Positions 1-7,398 of a DNA stretch of 32,000 nucleotides are shown one piece after another. The stretch covers positions 73,322 through 105,321 of the forward strand of contig JAPZAR010000025.1 in the NCBI GenBank assembly GCA_027460535.1, given 5' to 3'. The notes below the pieces were generated by a model. That model ran no database searches. It was not told where the DNA came from and saw only the letters and a list, made by a program, of their open reading frames with translations. A program made the position numbers and the translations under genes. Source of the stretch: Candidatus Methanoperedens sp. (GTDB lineage Archaea > Halobacteriota > Methanosarcinia > Methanosarcinales > Methanoperedenaceae). Each line of letters starts with the position of its first letter. Positions within the stretch are counted from its first letter, which is position 1.

Positions 1-26
1 CTGGGCGTGGTGATGTACCTGTGCTT

Positions 27-1730
27 TCAGTTTACACTCGCCATGACATCATAGCGGGTGATATAGAGGTACATCATAGTGGTATCTGAAGTCATTTCTG
101 TGTAGTTCTGTAAGGCTTCATCATAGTGGATCGCCTGATTGTTCTTGAGTTTGAACTCCTTTCCGACTATTGCGCCAAATACTTCCATATCATTCTCAAG
201 CTCTATTTTAGAATACGGTGCCCATATAAAACCCCGGTAATCCACATTATTATGGATGGTTATATCCTGGGATGATGAAGTGATGACTTGGAATAGATAT
301 GATTTGTCATTGTTGGTGGGATTTATTAATGCATTATTATTTAAATCTAATTTCTCGTTCAGGTATATTCTTACATGATAACTGCCTCTCACATTGATAT
401 TTGCATTATTTGACACTTTTAAATCGTGAGACTCAATCGCCATATTAACTGCACCTGAGGTTGTATCAAGTATCAGGACACTCTTGTCACCCAGATCAAA
501 TTTCTCGAGATAATAGTTTCCGGTGTAAATTACGCATTCAGGATTATTATCGCTATTTTTTTTCCAGTCAGAATTATTCGAGTATTTACCATCTAATGTT
601 CTGTTCCCTGCATCCCTGAGACAAGTTGATGCAAGATTATTGTTTGTGGCTTGGTACTCATTTAACTTGCTCTGCACAAGGCTTGTTGTGCTCCCGAGAC
701 TTAATCCTTCCACAGGTCCATATTCCATTCCCAATACATCGACATAGTCAAAGCTATTGGCATAGGCATCTTTTGTTATCGTGCCTTTCCCTGTAATATC
801 GCCGTGGGTCATAGCATTCCCTTTCACAATTGCATGGTCATCCATTTTTATTTCAGCGGTTGCACGGATGCTTCCATTTTCGGATTTGCTGGAACTGTAA
901 GGCCCTTTGGAGGAATTATAGCTGTCTGATATTGCATTATTTTTCATTTCTATCTTCTTTGAGGCAAGTGCCCCATAGAAAAAGTTGGTGACAACCGGCT
1001 GGGTTTGAAGAGACAAAACCACTTTTTTTTCATCCGGAACCTCTTTTACTGTTGCCAAAGTTATGCTCCTGAAATAATCTGCCCATCCATCATAATACTC
1101 ACTCTTCAGAGTGATAGTAACCTGCGTTACGTTCTTAGAAAGGGGATTCGGGAAAGTGGCGTTTGGACATATTATCTGTGCCTCTCCTCTCTTCTCTACA
1201 TTAAGGGTTGAAGTTCCCTTGCCCCCCGAAGAATAATTCCCAGTAATATTCACAATAGGAAAAGTCAGGGTGACTCCGTTATAATTAAACTCAGGTGGGG
1301 AGAGCATAACGCTTCCTGCCGGATATTTGCTCCAGACACCGCCTCCTTCGTATGCGACTTCTCTATCTCCATTCCTGTAGACTATTTTCCCCATGGGTAT
1401 TGTTACTGGGATTATTGCGCCTGTGTCCATCTTGAATTCAATTAAGACATAGCTCTGCGCAGATGATGAATTAGGTTGAATAGACACAGAACCTCCGCCC
1501 GGATTAACGTCAATGATCTGCCTCGGTGCTTCCCCCAATGCCACCCTGCTTACGCGTGAGTCCAGCATCGTATATGTCTGCTCCATATTTTGCACATTTG
1601 CCCTCTCCTCAAGTTGGTAGATCACAGGAACACCCACAAGTGTTATCATGGATATTCCTGTAACAGTTATGCCTAATATGATGACATGGCCTACAACCTC
1701 TACTGCTGCCTTTTCCGATCCGGGGAACAT
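27..1730 (-). CDS. Large type IV pilin-like surface protein (class III signal peptide; putative pilus-associated adhesin / minor pilin)
   Basis: 567-aa ORF. The N-terminus MFPGSEKA|AVEVVGHVIILGITVTGISMITLV is a short charged leader, an Ala, then a ~22-residue hydrophobic helix, as in archaeal prepilins. The ATG overlaps the upstream stop (TAATG). It has many N-x-S/T sequons. The C-terminal part is Asn-rich and repetitive (NNANINVRG..NNNALINP..HNNVDYRGFIWAP), which suggests a beta-helix. It is the last cluster gene visible in the window. Confidence 0.6.
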   Translation of the reverse strand: MFPGSEKAAVEVVGHVIILGITVTGISMITLVGVPVIYQLEERANVQNMEQTYTMLDSRVSRVALGEAPRQIIDVNPGGGSVSIQPNSSSAQSYVLIEFKMDTGAIIPVTIPMGKIVYRNGDREVAYEGGGVWSKYPAGSVMLSPPEFNYNGVTLTFPIVNITGNYSSGGKGTSTLNVEKRGEAQIICPNATFPNPLSKNVTQVTITLKSEYYDGWADYFRSITLATVKEVPDEKKVVLSLQTQPVVTNFFYGALASKKIEMKNNAISDSYNSSKGPYSSSKSENGSIRATAEIKMDDHAIVKGNAMTHGDITGKGTITKDAYANSFDYVDVLGMEYGPVEGLSLGSTTSLVQSKLNEYQATNNNLASTCLRDAGNRTLDGKYSNNSDWKKNSDNNPECVIYTGNYYLEKFDLGDKSVLILDTTSGAVNMAIESHDLKVSNNANINVRGSYHVRIYLNEKLDLNNNALINPTNNDKSYLFQVITSSSQDITIHNNVDYRGFIWAPYSKIELENDMEVFGAIVGKEFKLKNNQAIHYDEALQNYTEMTSDTTMMYLYITRYDVMASVN

Positions 1731-2515
1731 TATTCAATCTCCGTTACCATATCAGTATTCAGTATATAGACATCCAGATTTGGCGTGGCATTTAACCGGG
1801 CAGTATAAGGGCCTCCAATTTGAATATCCCATTTCATCGTGTTATTGAGGTAATTCCTCCATCCAGAAACATAATCTCCCGTGATAGTAATGGTAACGCT
1901 GCTCACATTGCTCCAAAAAGTGACACCGGGCTCCCCTTCTGCCCTGATCCTGCTCAAACCGTTGCCGCCAACACTGTAATTTCCGTTTATCCTGACAACA
2001 GGTATGACAAGCTTATTGTTCTGTTTATTAATCATCGGCTTGTAAGCATTCAAAACAACGCCATTGGGATATTTTATCCAGACGCCGGTGCTTTCGTACG
2101 CAACAATAGTATCTCCTATGGAATTTTGGATGTTGCCCATCTGCTCGGAATACAGGGTTGTTTCTTCATTACCGGGTTTGGTCAAATTGTACCATGTCAC
2201 ATTGATTTTAATAGTACTTCCCCTTCCAACGCTCAGCCGCCCCCCATATAGCTTCAGTTCCAGCATCCTGGAAGGGGCCTGTCCGAGCGCAACCTTATTT
2301 AAGTTCTCACCCACTACAACAAAACTCTGCCTGGTATTTTCAACGTAACTGCTTTCCTGGGCATTTCTCAATACGGGATATCCAGCTACACCTATAATAC
2401 TCAACGAAAGCAGAATGATCCCGGTGATCGATATGTAATCCAAAACCTCAGCTACTGCATCCTCCGACTTCAGGAAATACTCGTTTTTGGATATATCTCT
2501 TGCTGATGGCATCAT
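1730..2515 (-). CDS. Type IV pilin-like protein (class III signal peptide)
   Basis: 261-aa ORF. The N-terminus ..FLKSEDA|VAEVLDYISITGIILLSLSIIGV is followed by a region (NKVALGQAPSRMLELKLYGGRLSV) paralogous to the 567-aa neighbour (SRVALGEAPRQIIDVNPGGGSVSI). It is translationally coupled to the downstream gene. Confidence 0.6.
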   Translation of the reverse strand: MMPSARDISKNEYFLKSEDAVAEVLDYISITGIILLSLSIIGVAGYPVLRNAQESSYVENTRQSFVVVGENLNKVALGQAPSRMLELKLYGGRLSVGRGSTIKINVTWYNLTKPGNEETTLYSEQMGNIQNSIGDTIVAYESTGVWIKYPNGVVLNAYKPMINKQNNKLVIPVVRINGNYSVGGNGLSRIRAEGEPGVTFWSNVSSVTITITGDYVSGWRNYLNNTMKWDIQIGGPYTARLNATPNLDVYILNTDMVTEIE

Positions 2516-2553
2516 TCATCCAAAAATAATGGAACTCTCAGATCGTGCTTTTC

Positions 2554-3030
2554 CTATTGTTCCTCTATATTAATGCTATCAGTGCTACTATTGTAGTAAA
2601 GTATATAATTTTCGGCACCACTGTATATTTTTCTTCCAATAAAATTCACAGATGTATTGAAAGGAATCACTACTTTAGCCCCGTTTTCCGCTTCAATGAT
2701 TATCTCATAAGAAGAATTGGTTATATTCATCGCATAGCTTTTACCTGCTATCGATTGTGATACTGGAAACTCATATTCAAGTGAATTAACACTTCCACCA
2801 TAGGATTTGGTCACATTGACCATGGTATCCATGTTAGTAATCTTGATGGCAAGCCCACTTCCTATTATCCTGAAGCTCTCCGTCATGGCAGACTTTTCAG
2901 TACGCTGTGAAAGGGTGTAGAAAGAGATAATAAGTGCAGAAAATATCAAGACAGTAATTGCAAGCATAAGCATGAAACCAATTGAAATTGATACGGCATC
3001 ATTATTTTTAAGAATCTTCCTAAATATCAT
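2554..3030 (-). CDS. Type IV pilin-like protein (class III signal peptide)
   Basis: 158-aa ORF. The N-terminus MIFRKILKNNDA|VSISIGFMLMLAITVLIFSALII has the same 'DAVS + hydrophobic helix' pattern as the DUF1628 pilins upstream. It contains several N-x-S/T sequons. Confidence 0.6.
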   Translation of the reverse strand: MIFRKILKNNDAVSISIGFMLMLAITVLIFSALIISFYTLSQRTEKSAMTESFRIIGSGLAIKITNMDTMVNVTKSYGGSVNSLEYEFPVSQSIAGKSYAMNITNSSYEIIIEAENGAKVVIPFNTSVNFIGRKIYSGAENYILYYNSSTDSINIEEQ

Positions 3031-3034
3031 GACT

Positions 3035-3868
3035 TCACCACGGCACTGAAATTGGAATCGTAATATTGGCGCGTATTTTGCTTGTGGAAAGAATTACCGT
3101 GGCATTCAGAATATAATCGCGGGCTCTGGTGAAATTTCTGCCGTAAGAGGTATTGCCTATGATTTTGAACCTGCCCCCGGCGTTCGAGCCATTCAAGAAC
3201 GTGATCCTGGTAATATTGGCACCAACATTTGTAGTGAAGTTGTATGAACCATTTAGTAGACTGATATTGGAATAATTCACGCCATAGTAACGGACAAAGC
3301 CGCTTGCATTTTTTATGCTTATATTGTTGGGAGAATTCAATTTCATGGACCATAGAAATACGCTTGTTGATTGATTGCTTACATTCACCTCGAAATATGA
3401 ACCTGAAACATTTCTTAATTCAAATACATATATTCCTCTGGCGCTCTCCATTATGGTCCAGTTTGTCGCGCCGCTCGCAGTCCCATTATCTGTGAAATTG
3501 GCAAGGCGACTATTATTCCAATTGCTTATATCCTGGCTTAAGTTTACGATCTCCCCGTGAAGCACATAACTCTTTTGCAGGTTTGCACTGAAATTTCGGA
3601 TTTGATTACTGAAATTCATCTGGCTATCATTTCCCCCTAATTCGGTTGCATTTCTGTATGCGCTTCTTACCCCATCTTTTGAAACAATCATCAGATTTAC
3701 CATATCGTTCTTTGAAAACTCATTTCCTGCTCCAATTGCCATGTTGAACTCGAATATGACACTGCCGAGCATCACCGTGGTTATAACCAGGCCAATAGCT
3801 ATGATGAAAGACGCCAGAAGCATGAATTGGGCATCGCGGTTTTCTATTATCCCCATCACGTCCTCCAT
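3035..3868 (-). CDS. Type IV pilin-like protein, extremely sequon-rich (predicted heavily N-glycosylated)
   Basis: 277-aa ORF. The N-terminus ..GIIENRDA|QFMLLASFIIAIGLVITTVMLGSV is prepilin-like. I count 24 N-x-S/T sequons by hand. An alternative ATG at 3856 would give an ATGA overlap with the upstream stop. Confidence 0.6.
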   Translation of the reverse strand: MEDVMGIIENRDAQFMLLASFIIAIGLVITTVMLGSVIFEFNMAIGAGNEFSKNDMVNLMIVSKDGVRSAYRNATELGGNDSQMNFSNQIRNFSANLQKSYVLHGEIVNLSQDISNWNNSRLANFTDNGTASGATNWTIMESARGIYVFELRNVSGSYFEVNVSNQSTSVFLWSMKLNSPNNISIKNASGFVRYYGVNYSNISLLNGSYNFTTNVGANITRITFLNGSNAGGRFKIIGNTSYGRNFTRARDYILNATVILSTSKIRANITIPISVPW

Positions 3869-4455
3869 AGAAAAAGCCTGATATCCACTATATTTTTAAG
3901 ATTGGTGGAGGGATCAATATCCTTTATCGGATTGGCAGGATTAAAAACATCACTGTTGTGCAATACGATTTTCCTGGATACTATTACAACGTTATTCGAT
4001 GGGACACCTGCGTATATCCATTCTTCCGGGGCCGATGATACTGTAATGTTATCTGAAATAAAGAGAGAAGAGATCTCCACCTTGTGGGCTATGCCCTGCC
4101 TGCCTAACGTCGCGCTCAAGATCCCTGTCAGGTTATTTACAAGGCTGGTTGCATTACGTGGATCGTTGGTATTTTCCAAATACTTTGTACCATTCCACAC
4201 ATATTGCTCTCCAGTCCAATTTAAGATATCATTTTTGAGATTTGAATTATACCCAGGCTCTGTATAATCCAGCGTGTTCAAAATATCCTGGCCCATTACT
4301 GCAAGCTCAGTGTCCATATGCACATTTGAGGTTGACGAGGTCAGAGGCGTCATCGAGGTCGCATCTATTGCATATATAATTACCATAAGCAGGAGCGTTG
4401 TGGCAACCACTCCCTCGAGTGTATGCATCTGGGCTTTTTCATCTAACATTACCAT
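3856..4455 (-). CDS. Type IV pilin-like protein (class III signal peptide)
   Basis: 199-aa ORF. The N-terminus MVMLDEKA|QMHTLEGVVATTLLLMVIIYAI has an acidic residue shortly after the putative cleavage site, as in bacterial type IV pilins. It overlaps both neighbouring genes. Confidence 0.55.
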   Translation of the reverse strand: MVMLDEKAQMHTLEGVVATTLLLMVIIYAIDATSMTPLTSSTSNVHMDTELAVMGQDILNTLDYTEPGYNSNLKNDILNWTGEQYVWNGTKYLENTNDPRNATSLVNNLTGILSATLGRQGIAHKVEISSLFISDNITVSSAPEEWIYAGVPSNNVVIVSRKIVLHNSDVFNPANPIKDIDPSTNLKNIVDIRLFLWRT

Positions 4456-5054
4456 ACCCTCACTGAAATGATAGCTGATTCATTATAGCCTGTGGATGAA
4501 TTTACGATTAAGACAAGCCTCTTGCTCTGGCCGATATTTATGTTTTCAGGAAGTTCTGGGCCACTCTGGTTCATTATACTGCCATCAAGACGTGTTGCCG
4601 AGATATTCACATCAAAAATGATTTCATTGCTTAACAGTCCAAGTTCACCAAGTTCATTATTGTAATAGGTCTGGTTAGAATGGTTCAACTTCATGTTATT
4701 GAAGTAATACAATTTGCCCTGGTCTATAATATTCATAGCCCCTGCTTTATCAGCAACCAGCAGTCGCTCCACCAGCACTGTGCTGACTCTGTCCGCAGCC
4801 AGTACAACTTCATCCGATCCCGACTGGAAAGGAATGAACAATCCATAAATGAACTGGAACACAAAGGCTACAGCAAGGAGAAAAATGCCCATGCCTGCGG
4901 CATAGTCAATCGTCATCTGGGCCTTATCATCTTTCACAGTGCCAATCTTGTTTTGGATTGTATTAAGATTAATGAACAACAATTGCCGCCCATAGCATGG
5001 AAATAGACCAGAGCTCATATGTGAAAAATAATCTTTTAGCACCATTATACTCAT
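4449..5054 (-). CDS. Type IV pilin-like protein (class III signal peptide); true start probably internal
   Basis: The ORF track gives 201 aa, but the pilin-like signal is ..VKDDKA|QMTIDYAAGMGIFLLAVAFVFQFIYGLF. A GTG at 4937 would give a leader of the same length and pattern as the neighbouring MVMLDEKAQMHTLEG protein. The upstream 39 codons look non-coding. Confidence 0.5.
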   Translation of the reverse strand: MSIMVLKDYFSHMSSGLFPCYGRQLLFINLNTIQNKIGTVKDDKAQMTIDYAAGMGIFLLAVAFVFQFIYGLFIPFQSGSDEVVLAADRVSTVLVERLLVADKAGAMNIIDQGKLYYFNNMKLNHSNQTYYNNELGELGLLSNEIIFDVNISATRLDGSIMNQSGPELPENINIGQSKRLVLIVNSSTGYNESAIISVRVW

Positions 5055-5105
5055 AATGATATGCTGCTATTACAAAAACCTTCTGGCCTGATATAGCCGT
5101 TATAT

Positions 5106-5585
5106 TTATCTCACTTCGACCACCGTATCAAGCACCATGGTCTTGAAAGGATACAAAATTATTTTGACATCATACTTTTCACCCGATAACATAACCCCGG
5201 CTGTACCATCGGTATAGACCGAACGATTGGTAACGGTATAGTTTCCAGCGCCGCTGGTCAGATTGTAGGTTATTATCTGGTCTCCAGCCCTGAGGTCGCT
5301 TCCCGGATTTGAGATTTTATAAACAGGCGGCTCTCCGGCCGGAACGATGGATATCTGCCAGTCCGTTCCAACTAATCTATCCCCGGCTTTGTGCTGTATC
5401 TTGATATCGATTCCAGTAGTATCAGTATCGCTCGAAACTACAATAGCAGCCGTAGGTCCTTTCTGGTCAGGTTTTCCCATTCCAAATACGAACATTAAAA
5501 CCAATGAAGCCAGCATTACGGTAACCGCCACCATCAAAATGACTCCTATGACAGGCGATACCGCCTCATCATTCCCTTTCTCCAT
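5106..5585 (-). CDS. Archaeal type IV pilin, DUF1628/Pilin_N family (major-pilin paralog 2)
   Basis: 159 aa. MEKGNDEAVSPVIGVILMVAVTVMLASLV is the signature N-terminus of archaeal Pilin_N (DUF1628) proteins. The C-terminus YDVKIILYPFKTMVLDTVVEVR is paralogous to the upstream gene. AGGA lies ~8 nt before the ATG. Confidence 0.8.
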   Translation of the reverse strand: MEKGNDEAVSPVIGVILMVAVTVMLASLVLMFVFGMGKPDQKGPTAAIVVSSDTDTTGIDIKIQHKAGDRLVGTDWQISIVPAGEPPVYKISNPGSDLRAGDQIITYNLTSGAGNYTVTNRSVYTDGTAGVMLSGEKYDVKIILYPFKTMVLDTVVEVR

Positions 5586-5597
5586 TCTCTATATCCT

Positions 5598-5640
5598 TAA
5601 AAAAAAATAAAAAATGCCCCTCAAAAAAAGTAAAAGGGGC
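5598..5640 (-). terminator. Intercistronic stem-loop plus long U-tract between the two major-pilin paralogs
   Basis: The minus-strand RNA reads GCCCCU-UUUACUUUUUUUG-AGGGGC (6-bp GC stem, arms at 5616-5621 / 5635-5640), followed by A-U6-A-U9 (plus-strand A runs at 5599-5607 and 5609-5614). It lies directly downstream of the 5652 stop and upstream of the 5585 start. Confidence 0.4.
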
Positions 5641-5651
5641 TGGTATTTCAG

Positions 5652-6140
5652 TTACCTTACATCTACTACTGTATCAAGCAACATGGCATTGGACGGGATG
5701 TGAACTAATTTAACATCGTATTTGCCAACCAACATGGCGGTACCACCCATTACACTTTGGTTTGTTACAATAGGGGCTGAAGCATCTGTTGTCGTGTTAG
5801 CGATGATTTGACTTCCAACTGAAAATGTGCCCAATGATGAGTTTGAAGTCACAAATACAGGGGGATTGCCAGCAACGACTACGGATAACTTCCAGTCCCC
5901 GCCTTTCAGTGTATCTCCGCCTTTGTGCTGTACCTTCAGATCAGGTGCTGTTGTATCAGGGTTGTTCGCTCCGGTTATACTTGCTGTCGGCGCGGCTACC
6001 TGCTGGCCACCTAATCCGAACACGAATGCAGCTATCACGGCTGCCAATATCACAGTTATCGCCACCATGAGGATAACACCTATGACAGGCGACACTGCAT
6101 CTTCATTTCTTCTAAACATTTTCATATACATATCCTCCAT
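5652..6140 (-). CDS. Archaeal type IV pilin, DUF1628/Pilin_N family (major-pilin paralog 1)
   Basis: 162 aa. ..MFRRNEDAVSPVIGVILMVAITVILAAVIAAFVF carries the Pilin_N signature. The Ig-like body motif (LKVQHKGGDTLKGGDWKLSV) is typical of this family. The C-terminus YDVKLVHIPSNAMLLDTVVDVR matches paralog 2. Confidence 0.8.
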   Translation of the reverse strand: MEDMYMKMFRRNEDAVSPVIGVILMVAITVILAAVIAAFVFGLGGQQVAAPTASITGANNPDTTAPDLKVQHKGGDTLKGGDWKLSVVVAGNPPVFVTSNSSLGTFSVGSQIIANTTTDASAPIVTNQSVMGGTAMLVGKYDVKLVHIPSNAMLLDTVVDVR

Positions 6141-6141
6141 T

Positions 6142-6345
6142 TTAAATTGCTTCTTTTTTACGTTTGACCACTTTTTCGAGCTTTTTAGCCCACATATCCT
6201 CTACCTGCGTATATTCGCAATCGAGGTAATGATGAACAGCTTTGGCGAGCGCGTCCTTAGTACTACTCTCACCCGTCTTTACTTTCAGGGCTTCGAGGTC
6301 GTCCACCACAAGAACTGTCTGCACATGCACAATCTTCGCCATCAT
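6142..6345 (-). CDS. Small protein, possible ribbon-helix-helix (CopG/Arc-like) DNA-binding protein; first gene of the pilin operon
   Basis: 67 aa. The pattern TVLVVDDLEALKVKTGESSTKDALAKAVHHYL fits a strand-helix-helix layout, and the tail is basic (KKLEKVVKRKKEAI). Its stop lies 1 nt from the start of pilin 1. The functional call is from pattern only. Confidence 0.4.
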   Translation of the reverse strand: MMAKIVHVQTVLVVDDLEALKVKTGESSTKDALAKAVHHYLDCEYTQVEDMWAKKLEKVVKRKKEAI

Positions 6346-6367
6346 TCATCTCCTTGAACAGGTCAAA

Positions 6368-6432
6368 CCGCAATATATATTTGCGGGTACCATTTTTTGG
6401 TAGTGTATCATTATTATCATAATGTATTTAAA
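6368..6432 (-). promoter_or_regulatory. Candidate promoter (TTTAAATA box) and palindromic operator / 5'-UTR hairpin of the pilin operon
   Basis: On the minus strand, TTTAAATA (plus 6425-6432) matches the archaeal TATA consensus, ~80 nt upstream of the 6345 start. Between them lies CCGCAA-TATATAT-TTGCGG (6368-6386), with perfect 6-bp inverted arms. Confidence 0.3.
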
Positions 6433-6705
6433 TGTTACGTATAGGGGGGTTCAATGAAAAAAGTTTGTTAATCGACATGCTGAAACATATTTTTAATGAT
6501 TATTTTGAAAAAACGCTCTTTTTGTGAGGGCTGGTTTTCACGGAAATATCTATCGAATAACAATATATATTATCTGCATATATATATATATTCAAAGGCG
6601 TTGCGGGTGAAAACATCGGGTTTTCACGAGAAATCTGGTAAAGAACAAGAGGAGCATGATTATATAATTCCATCGCTCCGGAGCCTTTCGTTGAAATCGA
6701 ATGTA

Positions 6706-7380
6706 TCAGAACCCATCCTTTATAATTGCCAACACCTCATGTTCATCCAGGTCATGCCATTCTTTATAGGCATCTGCCACAGCGAACATGGTTGTTTCCC
6801 TTATATTCAGGCAAATCAGTTCATCAACATGAGGGCTAACAGTCTCGATCGCATTCTTTGAAGCCGTGGGGACAGCGACTATTATTCTGGCAGGAGAGTA
6901 CTTTCTGATGGAGCTTATAGCTGAAAGCATGGTATAACCTGAAGCCAGCCCATCGTCCACGATTATTACGGTCCGGTCTTTTAATTCAGGAAATGTTCTT
7001 TTACCCCTGAATTTTACTATTCTTTTATTAAGTTCGCGTTTGGCCTCAGAAATAGCAGATTCAATCTCAGCTTTCGTCAGGCCAAGCTGGCGCAATAGCA
7101 TTCTGTTAATGAGCACTTCCCCATCCCAGCTTACAGAGCCAAAACCTGCCTCGGTGTTAAATGGAATTGGGATTTTCCTGACGATAACCATATCCATCGG
7201 GAGGTCAAGTTGTTTTGCAATCATCGCCCCCACGGGAACACCCCCGGATGGTATGGCCAGGACTATGGGGGATTGCGAGTATGTCTTGAGTTTTCGGGCA
7301 AGCAGTTCTCCCGCATGAGCTCTGTTCTTGAAGACGTAATTCTTGTTCCGCAGGTCAGTTTCTTCAACTATTTTTGCCAT
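6706..7380 (-). CDS. Phosphoribosyltransferase-family protein (type I PRTase fold), partner of NAPRTase
   Basis: 224 aa. It has the PRPP-binding loop VIIVDDGLASGYT and the motif AIPSGGVPVG. It lies 18 nt downstream of pncB on the same strand. Confidence 0.8.
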   Translation of the reverse strand: MAKIVEETDLRNKNYVFKNRAHAGELLARKLKTYSQSPIVLAIPSGGVPVGAMIAKQLDLPMDMVIVRKIPIPFNTEAGFGSVSWDGEVLINRMLLRQLGLTKAEIESAISEAKRELNKRIVKFRGKRTFPELKDRTVIIVDDGLASGYTMLSAISSIRKYSPARIIVAVPTASKNAIETVSPHVDELICLNIRETTMFAVADAYKEWHDLDEHEVLAIIKDGF

Positions 7381-7398
7381 GAACTCCCCCCGGGTATG

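Noticed and set aside
3027-3353. 108-aa ORF on the minus strand overlapping the 277-aa pilin-like gene in another frame.
   Set aside because: It is fully nested within a longer ORF that has a convincing class III signal peptide. Its translation is rich in Gln, His, Lys, Arg and Cys and has no features.
6496-6861. 121-aa plus-strand ORF spanning the AT-rich intergenic region and the 3' end of the PRTase gene.
   Set aside because: It runs through the (AT)n tract and then antisense into a well-supported gene. Its composition is implausible for a protein.
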